A stretch of 64,000 nt of DNA. Source: Octopus vulgaris (taxonomy: Eukaryota). Under the pieces are notes generated by a model that searched no databases, was not told where the DNA came from, and was given only the letters and a program-made list of their open reading frames with translations. The stretch spans positions 75,888,001 to 75,952,000 of the forward strand of contig OX597828.1 of the NCBI GenBank assembly GCA_951406725.2, given 5' to 3'. Below are positions 39,802 to 57,804 of this stretch, piece after piece. Position 1 is the first letter of the stretch, and every line of letters begins with the position of its first letter. Both the position numbers and the translations under genes were made by a program.

Positions 39802-40133
39802 GGCGCAGGAGTAGCTGTTTGGTAAGAAGCTTGCTTTCCAAGCACATGGTTCCGGGTTCAGTCTCACTGCATGGTATCTTGGGCAAGTGTCTTCTAAAAT
39901 AGCCTCGGGCCGACCAAAGCCTTGAGCGTGGATTTGTAGGCGGAAACCGAAAGAAGCCTGTCGTAGATATAGGTGTAATGTTGATGTGTCTACGTCCCCG
40001 TAACATAGCGATTCGGCAAAGAGGACGGATAGAATAAGTATTAGGCTTACAAAGAATAAGTCTTGAGGCCGATTTCTTCGACTAAAGGCGGTACTCCTGC
40101 GTGGCCGCAGTCCAATGATGAAACCAGAAAAAG
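39802..40133 (+). mobile_element. SINE family A, internal microsatellite largely deleted
   Basis: ggcgcaggagtagctgtttggtaagaagc...ccgggttcagtc...gactaaaggcggtactcc. Confidence 0.9.
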
Positions 40134-40135
40134 CA

Positions 40136-40139
<4 letters not shown>

Positions 40140-40217
<78 letters not shown>

Positions 40218-40442
40218 GAGAGAAAACAAATAGAGAAAGTGAGAGAGCTAAGCTTACTCACTCTTTCTACTCTGATTCTCGCTAATCCCTGCTTCTTGGG
40301 TTTGCAAAAACTTACAATAATAACAGAAAATATTCTCTCTTCTCAGAAACGTAATGCATATTTAAACTCTACCTGGGTATTGAGTACATTTTTTCTCAGT
40401 CAGTCGAAACCGACATAGTATGCATTTTATGTATGGGAGTGA

Positions 40443-40522
<80 letters not shown>

Positions 40523-40559
40523 CTCTATCTACGTATCTACCTACCTACGTATCTATCTA

Positions 40560-40601
<42 letters not shown>

Positions 40602-40851
40602 ACCTACCTACTTACCTATCTACCTACTTACCTACCTACTTACTTACCTACCTACCAACTTATCTGTCTATCTATCTATCTCTCTATCTCTCTACCTCTC
40701 TATCTATATTCATCTATGTGTTTGTGTGTGTGTGTCTCTCTCTCTATAGAGAAAGATGTACGCGTGTATGTATATGAAGAGGTGAAGAAGAAAAAGAAGA
40801 GCAAGAACAAAGACGAGAAGATAAAGAATAAAAAGAAGAAGAAGAAGAAGA

Positions 40852-40922
<71 letters not shown>

Positions 40923-40945
40923 TAGTGGTAGTAGTGGTAGTATAA
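40140..40945. repeat. Microsatellite cluster (TA)n(GA)n, (TCTA)n, (AAG)n(TAG)n with unique spacers
   Basis: Seen directly. Confidence 0.85.
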
Positions 40946-42886
40946 TTGAAGATTCAGACGCTGTGACCGGTGACATTAGCACAAAAGATCCCCGATTTTG
41001 TCAGAATTGTATGAAATTGTTAAAATACATCAGAGAAGAGAAATGAATGGAAAAGTTCGAAAAGATTATGCAACGAAGAGGTAGACAATTGTATGCAATA
41101 GTGTGTTGAACGTCAGAAATGAGATTAAAGCAAGAGATACTGCATCTCTCCTCAGTAAATTAGATGTGAGCCTAATAAATTAGAAGCGAAGTGCAGAGTC
41201 AAGATAGCAATATTAGAATACTGTTGACTACGCTAGTGAAGAAGAAGAAGTGATAGGAAATATTTTCCATACATACACGGAGATATGGCACCTAATACAT
41301 GTGCAGAGCAGTTATAAAGTAATGAATGTGATTCTTCGTACATTACTGAGGAGTAATGGAAGCTAAATGAAATTTGTATGATTTGGAAATTAGAAAATAC
41401 TAAAAACAAAAACAACAAACCTTATGTCTAGATTTCGGAAAGTAATCATTTACAAATCAGTAACTAATTACAGTGGTTCAGTGAAGGGTTGAATGAAGAC
41501 AAAACAACTAATGAACGCTTAACGAGAGATACAAATGAAATTGCAGCAAAGTAGAATTGTCAACTGGTTGAGAGGTAAGGGTTTACATGGTCAGCTTTTG
41601 GGGCAAAGAGTAACTCAGTCAGTTTGAAGGTTAGCAATAGAAAGGGCTCGAAAAGTTACGAGAAAACCGCAGCACACGGCACCCTCTGAGTGGCACACCT
41701 AACGAAACATTACTTTCAAATATGTAGGAGTGCGTCTTGTCTGGTGGTGAGCTATTTTTCAAGGAACCCGCTCTTTCAAAAAAGGTTTCCCGTGCCTGCT
41801 CCAGAATAATTTTCAAACACAGGATATATGAGTTGGCAGAATACTCACTTAATCCATTCGGCCATTTTATCATTACAATCACAAAATAATGCAAAAAAAA
41901 AGACAAAATAATGTGAAAGAAGCAGTCACATACACACAAGCAAATATCCACACACGTGTTTGAATTAAAATGATCAAAATCTATGCTCTGTTACCGGAGA
42001 GGAAAATTAGCAATATAAAAATTAGTTTCAAATTCAAGGCTCCTTTCGGTGAAAATAATTTCCTGGAATATTTTTATCAGTTAATTCACATGCATCCGCA
42101 CACCCCACCCTCTACAAATTATAATTTCAAAAAATACAAAAATGTGGACTTCTAGGAAATATAAAAAAAACATCTTCCCCCCTTCGGACAAGTTCAATAA
42201 ATTTTATTGTATAAAGACACAAGTTGTTCATCTTAAACGCAAACTCTGCAATTAGCATTAAGAAATAAACCTTCATATCATTTCTGGTTTCATGATTCCT
42301 GGATAGCCACACATAACTATTGGATCGCGTTGACAGTTGTAGCAATTGAGCAATACTCTCTCGCTTCCATATCAAAATGAAAAATACACATCGTAAGAAG
42401 CCCACAGATCTGTGAGGATGTCACACTTACGTGACCCTATGTCATTTTTCACAGACTAACAAGAAAATCAAAGTAAACTCCTCAGATCCTATGCTAAACC
42501 AACGCGAAAACATAATTTTGAGAATCGTTATATCAGTGTGAACCTGTACAGAAGTTGCGCTTTCAATACAGTACAATATACGTAGTCCCTGTGATTTTGT
42601 CATTCGCAGTGAATCCCGACCGAAAATGACTTATCGGGATTTGAACTGGAAACGCAGAGATGAGTAAAACTACAAAATATTTTGAACAGCAAGAGATAAT
42701 ACACTATTTGTGTTTTTACTGGCATGATACAATGACTTCAAGTTTATTGTTCTAAGAGCAGGGGTTCAACCTAAGCTTGCCTATAGTGACGACTGTCGGA
42801 TGGACTGTTCCTGTCAGTTAAACGTCAGCCCTGTTGCATCTTTATTACGCTGCTTCTACTTGAGAATTAGATTAGGGGTGTACGTA

Positions 42887-43090
42887 TAGGTGCAGGCGTG
42901 GCTATAAGGTAAAATGTTTGCAACCCAACCTAGTGGCTGGGTAAATTGTCTGCTACCCAACACATGGCTCGATTTAGTCCTACTGCGTGGCTCCTTCGGC
43001 AAGTGTTTTCTGCTGTAGCCTAGGACCGTGCAAAGCTTTATGAGTGGCTTTGGAAACTGAAAGAGGCATGTCGTATACATACATACTACA

Positions 43091-43132
<42 letters not shown>

Positions 43133-43360
43133 AGTGTGTGTGTGTCTGTGTTAGTCCCAACCGCTGCTGGATAACAGGTGTGTGTGCGTGATTGAGACCC
43201 TGTAACTTAGCGGTTCGGTAAAAGAAACAGACGTACCGGGTTTAAAAAAAAAAACGAAAACAAAACAAAGCCCTGAGGGATGATTCATGCAACTAATAAT
43301 TCTTGAAGGCGGTGCTCAAGCATGGCCACAACCTAATGACTGAAACAAGTAAAAGATAAA
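42887..43360 (+). mobile_element. SINE family A, diverged
   Basis: ggtgcaggcgtggct...taacttagcggttcggtaaaaga...gaaggcggtgctcaagcatggcc...actgaaacaagtaaaagataaa. Confidence 0.85.
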
Positions 43361-43734
43361 ATACAGCGGACACATTCCGACAACAACTGGAATAATGCGC
43401 TAAATTCAGCTCCAAGGAACTGCGAGAGATTGTGCCGTGGTAATGTCCGACATGTGGGAAATATGGTAATTTTTAAGATTAGAAAATTAGAAAGAAATCA
43501 TACATTTGGATGGTGCAACAATCAAGAAGTAGAATAAAGAATTGTTTGGTTCTTATTATTACAACCTCAGAAGAATGGAAGTCAAAGAAGTCCCCAAAGG
43601 AATTTGAATTGAGAAAATAGAATAACTGACGAAATAAATGCTGAAGTGTGAAAACGCTAACAATTCTACAATCCACAAAACTTATAATAAGAATAAGAGA
43701 AGAAAATGGGAAAAACAAACACTACGACGATGAT

Positions 43735-43788
<54 letters not shown>

Positions 43789-44123
43789 AGTTGAGCTGGT
43801 AGAGCCGACGATGATGACACTAGAGCTGGTAATGGTGGTTATGGTGGTGATGTTGGTGGTTGTGACTATGGCGACGAACATAATGAAAAAAAAAAAAAAA
43901 GCAGGACGAAGAAAATGGAAAATAGTGCGAATGAAACAAGTTGAGGAATCATGAAGGTTAGAAGAAAAGAAACGAGAAGACTCAATGATGTTTCTCTCCC
44001 TCCCTCCCTCTCTTCCCCCTCTCTCTCTCTCTGTGTCACCCTCTAGCTATCTTTCTCTCTCTACCTATCTATTCATCTATTTATCTTTCTTCTGCCCATA
44101 CGCACCCACATTACACACACATG

Positions 44124-44157
<34 letters not shown>

Positions 44158-44256
44158 TGTTTACATGTGGGGACATACACAGAGGTACATACACACACAC
44201 ATATATATACAAACACACACACACATATATATACAAACACACGCACACACACACAC

Positions 44257-44305
<49 letters not shown>

Positions 44306-44738
44306 ACACGCACTGTCCTCTGTTGAAACTACTATCAAGAAAATGTCACCAAAATAGCTGGTTGCTCTGTTATCGTCCATAGCTTTTATGTTTTTATCCT
44401 CTGAATCTGAATAAATGTCGAACAACGTAAAATGTATCATTGTTTTGAAAATGTATTGTTTGTTGATCAAACAAAATGGTGGTCGTGATTCTTTTCCGAA
44501 TAACTGCCATTTTGAAATAGTTGTGTCAGTCTGCAGGGGTTCCATCTATTGTACAATATCACTTCATGGCTATTTGCTACGCTCAGACAAATAGACTAGA
44601 AGAGATTTTTGAACGAATGAGGCGTTCTTCCTGGAATGTGCTTATTTCTGAATATGTCCGTCTAACGATATACTAGCAAGTGTGTTTATATGTTTATATA
44701 TATATAATCTCTATATCTACCTATCTATACACATATAG

Positions 44739-45368
44739 ATGCTGCCAACAAAGCACGCGGAATTCTGTTCCTGATTCGACGGTCATTCGGAATGCTCACA
44801 GCAGCCATATTCCTACCACTCTATGTCACGCTGGTGAGACCCATATTGGAGTATGGGATTCAAGCCTCTTCTCCTTATCTCCTCAAAGACATACAGCATC
44901 TCGAAAAAGTCCAGAAGCTGGCTACCCGCATGGTTCATGGTCTCAAAAATTTGTCCTACGAAGAAAGGCTGAGGACGCTCGACCTTTATTCTCTTGAAAA
45001 ACGCCGCCGCCGTGGTGATCTAATTCTCGCTCACAACATCATAAGCGGAAAGTGTAACCTCTCGAAAGAGCTGTTCTTCACTCCTGCTCCAGAGCGTCGG
45101 CTGCGGGGTCATTCCGAAAAGCTCTACCTGCGACGATTTCATCTCAATCGAAGGAGAGGAGCTTTCTCCGTCCGGGTTGCGGATCCGTGGAACAAGCTGC
45201 CAGACGAGATGGTGAAGATGCCGACGACCGCTTTGTTCAAAGCCTCCCTTGACCTCAAGTGGCCTGAACTCTTTACATGAACACCACCCTGTACTTAACT
45301 CCATGTCCCCCTACATGGCCTTGCTATTTGCTTTTGAGCCAAATTAACTAACGAACTAACTAACTAAC
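44739..45368 (+). mobile_element. Young 5'-truncated CR1-clade LINE with short 3' UTR and (CTAA)n tail
   Basis: Intact C-terminal ORF followed by a UTR of about 60 bp and aactaacgaactaactaactaac. Confidence 0.92.
44741..45280 (+). CDS. CR1 ORF2 C-terminal fragment (no real start codon)
   Basis: AANKARGILFLIRRSF..LYVTLVRPILEY..LEKVQKLATRMV..LSYEERLRTLDLYSLEKRRRRGDLI..RLRGH..FSVRVADPWNKLP; no stops over 179 codons. Confidence 0.88.
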   Translation, partial: AANKARGILFLIRRSFGMLTAAIFLPLYVTLVRPILEYGIQASSPYLLKDIQHLEKVQKLATRMVHGLKNLSYEERLRTLDLYSLEKRRRRGDLILAHNIISGKCNLSKELFFTPAPERRLRGHSEKLYLRRFHLNRRRGAFSVRVADPWNKLPDEMVKMPTTALFKASLDLKWPELFT

Positions 45369-45394
45369 ATACATATACACATATAAAAGTGTGT

Positions 45395-45575
45395 GTATCC
45401 GGATAAAATGCTTACCAGCATTTCGTCCCGTCCTTACGTTCTGGGGTCACGTTCAGTGGAAGTCGACTCAGCCTTTCACCCTTTCAGAGCCGAAAAATTA
45501 TGTACCAGTAGAGCACCCTGGAGGATATAATCGACTAGGCCCCATTTCCTAAAATTTCAGGCCTTGTGCCTACAC
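45395..45575 (+). mobile_element. SINE family C
   Basis: aaatgcttaccagcatttcgtcccgtccttacgttctgg...gtcgactcagcctttcaccctttc...ggccttgtgccta. Confidence 0.8.
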
Positions 45576-45600
45576 CAGAAAGGATATATATATATATATG

Positions 45601-45633
<33 letters not shown>

Positions 45634-46071
45634 CGTGAGTGTGTGACTCCTTTCACATTTAGTTTTCTTGCAGGAGTAACCGAAGAGATGTACATTGATT
45701 CCCCTCTAGGTACCTCATAACCTAGAGATGCCTCACCGTCCAGTAATGCCTGCCTCCTAATCGTAATCAATTCCATAAATATAAATCTGTTTATTTCTAT
45801 TCTATGTCCTTGGTTTCGTGTGTGTGTCCGTGTGCTTGTTTCTAAGTTTGCTTGCATATATTTATGCTTGTGTATGTGTGTATGAGCCGGTTTTTGTGAT
45901 CTTATTGTTATTGCTGTTTGGTGGGTTCTGATGAAACAGAGCCATGCCGTATTTTTGCCAGCTGCACCACCATTTACCAAGCGGGGGTGGAGTACAAACA
46001 CAGACACAAATCACACACATACACTCTCTCACATGTATATTTGCATATGTGTATATACGATATGTATGCAC

Positions 46072-47634
<1,563 letters not shown>

Positions 47635-47784
47635 TATCTATCTATCTGTCTATCTGTCTGTCTATCTATCTATCTATCTATCTATATATCTATCTATCTA
47701 TCTATCTATCTGTCTATCTATCTATCTATCTATCTATCTGTCTATCTATCTATCTATCTTATGCGTTCTTAGGTACGTAAAACT

Positions 47785-48121
47785 AAAAGAACCCCTTCAG
47801 TCATGTATGGCGATGGCATTGCCCCTGGAAGGTATCCCTCCGAGGTACAGGTCTGGGTAAGGTTGTCTATGGAAGACCAGCAGTCGCCCGTGCATACCAG
47901 CCACCCGTCTTCCCACCACTGATGTTGTGCGAGGGAAAGGCAAAGGGGCCAATAAAGCTTGGCACCGGTGAAATCACAACATATTTCTACGGCTGAGTGA
48001 ACTGGAACAACGTGAAATAAAGTGTCTTGCTCAAGGACACAACAAACAGCCAGGTCTGGAAATCGAAGTCCCTACCTCATTATTGTGAGGTGACGCTTAA
48101 ACCACACAGCCATGCGTCTTC
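47785..48121 (-). mobile_element. SINE group B, head 2 + tail 4
   Basis: Reverse complement: gaagacgcatggctgtgtggtttaagcg...gtccttgagcaagacactttatttcacgttgttccagttcactcagc...ttgcctttccctcg...catgactgaaggggttc. Confidence 0.85.
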
Positions 48122-49069
48122 ACATACATGGATTTATATATATATATATCATAGGAATCTTAAAAGCAATAGCCTCTGAATGATGAGGGGTGGAGGCCTC
48201 CATTGCGTGAAGCTTTAAACGTAATTACTTCATATCCTATGTGTGTGTGTACGCTTGTGTGTGGTGTATACGTATGTATGTAGGACACACATATATGGAT
48301 ATATACAATACTTGCACCTAGCGGGAGTGGCTTACATCAACCGACACAGGTCGTTGAAATTGCTTTTGCTGCTAGAAGAACTCTTTTCCTATAGAATTTC
48401 TTTCTTCTCGTTCTTTATTGCAGGCAAATATTATGTTAGAAATGGAAGCAAATTGTTGTCTTTGAGTATTTGTAGAAGGAGGAATGCAGGCTGTCTAATA
48501 TCTACAGAAGTTTACGGGCTATTTACGGAAATGACTCCGTTGAAAAGAGCAATGTATGGAAATGGATGTTGCGAGTGAATGTGTACCGAGATAGAAAAAA
48601 ACTATTTTGGCGTGGTGGCTTAGCACAGTCGTGCTATGGCCTCTTCATCCAATTAAAGCTGGCTGCGGAAGGATACATGTGGTAACTTCCATCCAGCAGT
48701 ATAGGCATCTTTTTCAAATAGCTTTGTTAGTTGTGGATTTGACGGCATGAAAGCAGCATCACTTTCTTCAACATGGCATATCTATGCTAAACACCCAATT
48801 TAGAGAGTTGCGGGTTTGACGGCCCTAGTGGCAACATCACCCTTTCTGATTTACGACAATCATATTATTCACTACCAACGCCGCGCAACTCATTTCATTT
48901 ATATCTATTCCCATTCGGCTGCACATAAGCCACCCAAATGAAATACATCGCTTCAGCAATTGTTTAACATTCACAAACCAACCTAAAAAAGAAAATCCTT
49001 ATTACTTCATACACGCGTTCGTTACACTAAAAGAATAGCATTTTTATGTTATATATACCTTTTGTTTTT

Positions 49070-49265
49070 TGCTTGTTTCAATAATTTGACTGCAGCCATG
49101 CTGGAGCACCGCCTTTAATCGAGCAAATCGACCCCACAAATTATTCTTTGTCAGCCTAGTACCTATTCTATCGGTATCTTTTGCCGAACCGCTATGTTAC
49201 GGGGATATAAACACACCAGCATCGGTTGTCAAGCGATGTTGGGGGACAAATACAGACAAACACAC
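49070..49265 (-). mobile_element. SINE family A 3' half
   Basis: cttgtttcaataatttgactgcagccatgctggagcaccgcc...gcgatgttgggggacaaa. Confidence 0.88.
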
Positions 49266-50326
49266 AGGAGGAGATGAAACACGAGCGTGTATTTATGATG
49301 CAGACGACGAAGTTTGAGTTATCTTCCCCAAAGTCTAACAGGTAGCGTCCCTGAGCTTCATGTCGTCTGTGTTTTGGGGAGGAGAAGGGAACTACTTTCC
49401 TCCAATTTCTGGAACGTAATTATATTGTAACAATAAGCAATACATGGAGACACACGAAAAGAAGACACATGATACAGACATATTCACCATGACATGTGCA
49501 GACACACACAGGAGGCAACAAATCAGTAAACGGACAAACTGGACGGGGCAGTGGCTGTTCGTTCGATGGTCAGGTTCTTAAATTTTCTAAAAGTCTCTAA
49601 AATTCTTATGACGTAATAGAACATAGAGTTCTCACTGGAAAAAATAAAGTTTCTAAAATGGAGAGAGAAATTCGAAGGATTGCTTTGGATCAGAGCTATA
49701 ACACCTGTTATGTGCTTTGGAAGTATGGACTTTATTCTGGCAAGCACCCTTCAATTTTTTCTATCTAAACAGTAGCTTAACACGACATTTACACGGCATT
49801 ATTTTAGATTCATCTGCATTGAGATTACCGATTTTTTTTATCAATTATCTTTCTATACACATTATATATATATAAATACTACACACGCGTTATCTTTAGA
49901 AATGTGTGTGTATATATATATATATGTCTGTGTATGTGTGTGTGTGTGTGTGTCTAAACGAAAGTAACAGAATTATTTTAAGTGATTTTTATCTCTTTTT
50001 AATATTCCAGCCACATCAAAATCTTCTTCCGTTACTAATCGTTTTTCTTTCTTCAACACCACCCACCTTTCTCTCTTTCCCTCCTCCATCACGATCATCA
50101 TCATCTTCGTCTTCAAGCTAAGCCAACTTATTTCACCCCAACTCCCCCATCTTTTCTTTTCCCCCCTTCTCACCCACCCACTCTCTCGATTGTTTTTGCT
50201 TTTTGTTTTTTTGTTTCAGACTTTTATAATTTAACACTTTCTATTTTACCCTAGCTCGACCACGTGACCACACTATTGCTCAGGCACCGAGAATATGTCT
50301 CTCAGAATAGCAAAATAGAAAATAAT

Positions 50327-53200
<2,874 letters not shown>

Positions 53201-53380
53201 ATTGTACGAATGCATTCATAGCTAAGCTAACTGACGCCTATCTCTCTCTTTCGCTCCCTCTGTAGTGTATGTTCCAGTACATATGTGTATGCGCGTGTAT
53301 GTGCGAGTGATTGTACGCATCAAAACTGCATAATCAGGTGTATTTTAAATGTGAGTATCAGTATCTGTTTTCTCCATATA

Positions 53381-53985
53381 CGAGATGCTATCAAAATGTT
53401 TCCGGACTAGTTCTGTAGAGCGCCAACAGATGACAGCACACGGAAGCTAGCGGTAACTTTGAAGCGGCAGTGTGCCGAGTGACATCGCGGTGTTTGCTTT
53501 AGAGCTTTTGAAATTTTTGTTATTGTGATCACGTGTCTGTCATGAACTGGATCAAAGAGCCAGCGTGACATCTTGTGTTGCACCTGGGAAGTCTGTTACC
53601 GAGCGATTGAGCATGATTCGGCAAGCTTAAGGCAATGGGTCATACGCGATGTTCCGAGTGGCACGGGCGCTTCAAAAGATGGAGAATGTCCCTGCAAGAG
53701 GATAACCATCTACAAGTGTCACTCCTGGAAATGTGGTATTGTGCATCGAAAATTCGTCCCCATGGGCCAGACCGTCGATGAAAAGTTCTCATGCGATGTT
53801 TTGAAGCATATAAGGAAAGGTATTCGATGAAAATGACCAGTTCAGTGGAGCGCGAAGAATTGGTTTGTTCTCGACGAAAATGCACCGCCACCGATCTGGC
53901 CTCACTCGTGAGTTTCTCGTCAAAAACAACATGGTATCACTTCCGCATCCACCCTATTCACCAGATTTAGAGCCTGAGGGCTCTA
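53381..53985 (+). mobile_element. Mariner element remnant, internally deleted, right end missing
   Basis: Terminus TA|CGAGATGCTATCAAAATGTTTCCGGACT; peptides GIVHRKFVPMGQTVDEKF, ENAPP and SLPHPPYSPDLEP (YSPDLAP motif). Confidence 0.85.
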
Positions 53986-53994
53986 TATTAATAA

Positions 53995-54208
53995 TAATTT
54001 CTTCTTTAGGCACAAACCCGAAATTTTGAGGAGGAGTTCAGTCGATTAGATCGACCTGAGTACACAACTGGTACTTAATTTATCGGCCCCGAAAGGATGA
54101 AAGGCGAAGGCGACCACGCCGGAATTTGAACTCAGAACGTAGTGGCGGGCGAAATACAGCTCAGCATTTCGTCCAACGTACTAACCGTTCTGCCAACTCG
54201 CCTCCTTA
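53995..54208 (-). mobile_element. SINE family C, full length, (AAT)-flanked
   Basis: taataataatttcttctttaggcacaaacc...ggaatttgaactcagaacgt...ctgccaactcgcctcctt, followed by aataataacaataataac. Confidence 0.88.
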
Positions 54209-54952
54209 ATAATAACAATAATAACAAAGCGAAGATGAGCTCTGACGGTTTATATGTTGTGGATTTTATCCTTTACATAAACATTGTGCTAACATGCATC
54301 TATTCATTCACGGCGTGATATAAGTGCTTCGCAACACGAGTCTAAATATACCTTAAATTATTGAAATCAAAACAATTATGCAATAATTGTCCTTAAAAAA
54401 TAATGCATTCCTTATTATTGATTGTTTCTCTTATTGTCGGAGGAGTAAAATATCACTTTACGTTATTTTAGTTTTTTTGTTTCTATTTTGAACAAAAGAT
54501 CGGATTTGGTGAATTCCTCCTGACATCTACGTCAACATTCGCTGAATAAGTTCTTATTTCCAAGTAGATTCCAGCATTAATATCTCCCATTATAAAATTG
54601 TCGAAAGACGTGCACGTATTAGAAATTTGCTGTTACTTATCAACGATAAAACTCATTAATAGTATCAATCTTGTTTTTTGTATGATTTACACATAATATA
54701 CCAAAGACGCGAAAATATTCCGTGTTTTTAGATATGTCTCATAGTCTGCGTAACTGAAAAGATGAATCTGTTTGGATGTTCTAAAAGTTTTCTCACTCAA
54801 TTAGTTTTCGACAACTAATAATATCTTCATTGTTTTTTTGATAGATATATAGTCTGTAATTGCTCCACTATTTTAATCGTTTGAATGAGCGGCAACGTGA
54901 AACTCAAATTAACGTGTCAAGAAAATGGTGCTACTTTGTGTGTGTGTGTGTA

Positions 54953-55008
<56 letters not shown>

Positions 55009-56285
55009 TCTGTATGTATGTGTGAGTCTGTGTGTATCTATGTGTGAAAATACACATTTGTGGCATTTGTATCTTTGTGAGTATTTAATTTTGATAAATG
55101 GGAATATTGTATTGAAATTCATAATTAAAACTCAAAGACAAGAATTTTCTCTTCTTTTTCTTTTTTAATTCATGATGAATCATCGTTGCAAAAGTTGGTT
55201 TGAGATATTTTCGATATTTCTGCTATTTTCTAACCTCGCTATCATAAAGAATATCACATTGTACAATTTTGCTAATTGTTCGGTTCAAACCTGTCACTAC
55301 TCAATACTTGATTCGATGTTATTCTAATACATTTCTTCCTAATTTGCAAATGCTGTTATTTCAGTTTGGCTATATATCGATGCGTCAAAACGACATTAAT
55401 GAATGTATCGATAGCTGTGTGAGATGTTGACACACCAAGGAATAACTGTGCCTGGTTGATGAACTGGAAAAACCAATCAGTGATTGGTGAAAACTTTGGG
55501 AATGAGGAGTATGTTGAAGACATTAAGAGAGTTCTGTATCTCCTTCTATGAAAGATTGAAATACATATATAACACAAGACGATGTTGCCATCGTCGCCAT
55601 TGTAGCTGGTGCTGTTGTTGTTGTTGTTGTTGGTTTCGTTGCTGCTGTATAGCTTCAGGTCAACTCTGCTTGAACATACCAATGAGGATAGCAGAACTAA
55701 AATTGAAGACATGTCTGCTTTTACATCCCCCCCTTTTTTTTCTTTTTACTGCATTGGGAACTGGAAGCCGTATTATCCAATACTCATGTTACAAACTCTT
55801 TGCATGCCTGAATCATTTTCCTAAGTTTCATTTAATCGTCCATGCATGCTTTTAGACTGTTAGTTGGCCCTTGTTTTGTACGTTCTGAGTAAGAGAAAGC
55901 TTTCCTTCCATAAGTCCTATGTTAGCTGAGTGATTGAAAGAAACTGGAAATATGTATCTTATGGAATCCATGGTCGACGGGAAAGTATTCTGCGTATCAA
56001 ATGCGATACGGAGAACAGACAGAGAGTTAAACAGCGAGATGAGATCTCTGCAGAAAAATTTCGTTATAATTTCTTGCACCTAATGACGAACTCTTTGGCT
56101 CATTGGAAGAATGCTAGTTTTTAAATTCCAGATGAACTATCGTTTTAAGCGCATTGGAAAACCAAAAGACTGGAACATACCAATTACCTTGGACTTAGGA
56201 AAATTTCCGAATTTATTGACATTATATAGATTAGGATGTGAAGTGTAGTAGTGGTTCTTTTTGTTTTTTAACAAACAACGATCAT

Positions 56286-56716
56286 AAATATATATATATA
56301 TATATGTGTATGTATATATATATATATATGCATATACATATATATATGTATTTATATATATATATATATATGTATTTATAAATATGTATATATGTATATA
56401 TGTATATATATATGTATATATATACATATATATATATGTGTATATATACACACCTATATATATATGTATATATATACATATATATATATACATATATATA
56501 TATACATATATATATATATGTATTTATAAATATTTATATATATATATGTATATATATACATATATATATATGTGTATATATACACACATATATATATATA
56601 TATGTGTATATATATATATACATATATGTATATGTGTGTATATATATATATACATATATATATATGTGTGTATATATATATATACACATATATATATGTG
56701 CATATATATACACATA

Positions 56717-56753
<37 letters not shown>

Positions 56754-56851
56754 GCGTATATATATATGTATATATATTCATATACATACATATATATATA
56801 TGTATATATATACATATATATATATATATGCATATATACATATATATATAT

Positions 56852-56884
<33 letters not shown>

Positions 56885-56938
56885 TATATATATACATACA
56901 TATATATATATATATATATACATATATAATATACATAC

Positions 56939-56969
<31 letters not shown>

Positions 56970-56984
56970 CATACATACATATAC

Positions 56985-57015
<31 letters not shown>

Positions 57016-57028
57016 CATACATACATAC

Positions 57029-57082
<54 letters not shown>
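56286..57082. repeat. Interrupted (TA)n field of about 800 bp
   Basis: Seen directly. Confidence 0.95.
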
Positions 57083-57084
<2 letters not shown>

Positions 57085-57266
57085 AGAATTTTAATGCAAT
57101 ATGTGAAGTGGCACGTGTAGGACAAATCATGGAGTTTTGTGTCACCTAGGATAAAGAACAACTGTCCGATTCATTGTATTAAGGAATCTAAAAACAACAA
57201 AATGGTGGAAGGGAATGACCACGCGTACTACAGCATTGACCGCATTTATACATATACATACATACT

Positions 57267-57312
<46 letters not shown>

Positions 57313-57319
57313 TATATAG

Positions 57320-57664
57320 TAATGCAATACGAGAGTATTGCTTTCCAGTAAAGAATAGCCCGTGAGGGAAAATTATACATAGAAGTAAATATATGGTACA
57401 ACGAAGTACCGATATTTACTGGAAAATAGCGAACGTAATAAATACGACGCTAATGTATAGCTTCACCGCGTATGTACTAGCAAAAATGCGTGTGTGCAAC
57501 AAACTTGAAAAAAATTGTCTTACCTCCAGGGAGAACATCTGAAAGATGAAATACCCAGAAAGGTACCGGTTTCAGATTTTTCAAGATATGTCTGCACACA
57601 TATACTTGATTTATCTTCATCAGCCAACATATAAATATCAGTACTTCGTTGTACCATATATTTA

Positions 57665-57667
<3 letters not shown>
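57320..57667 (-). mobile_element. (TA)n-embedded element with a 36-bp inverted repeat and hammerhead core, possibly Penelope-like
   Basis: Arms 57383-57418 and 57632-57667 match 35/36; hammerhead motif on the minus strand inside. Confidence 0.6.
57561..57627 (-). ncRNA. Candidate minimal type I hammerhead ribozyme
   Basis: CTGATGA-agat..tcaag.atatgt-loop-acatat.cttga..atct-GAAAC-cg-GTA; complete core, long stem II, palindromic ACCGGT stem III, stem I only about 2 bp. Confidence 0.55.
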
Positions 57668-57728
<61 letters not shown>

Positions 57729-57804
57729 TATACATATATATGTGTTCAGTAATGTAGCAAGTTCTAAAATCTCAATAAGGGATGCAAGTAGAAGCTCTAC
57801 TGAG

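Noticed and set aside
43380-43690. Possible decayed R4/Dong LINE end (similar hints at 33180-33350, and RTE-like at 41000-41330)
   Set aside because: Too degenerate for me to identify diagnostic motifs by eye.
44725-45386. tatacacatata on both sides of the CR1 copy as a TSD
   Set aside because: Low complexity and not flush with the element ends.
48170-48215. tgatgag plus hairpin suggesting a hammerhead
   Set aside because: No GAAA box or cleavage triplet in the correct position.
55356-55712. 118-aa minus-strand ORF
   Set aside because: Spans a (CAA)n repeat and has no recognisable domain; only an acceptor-like site at 55545 was noted.
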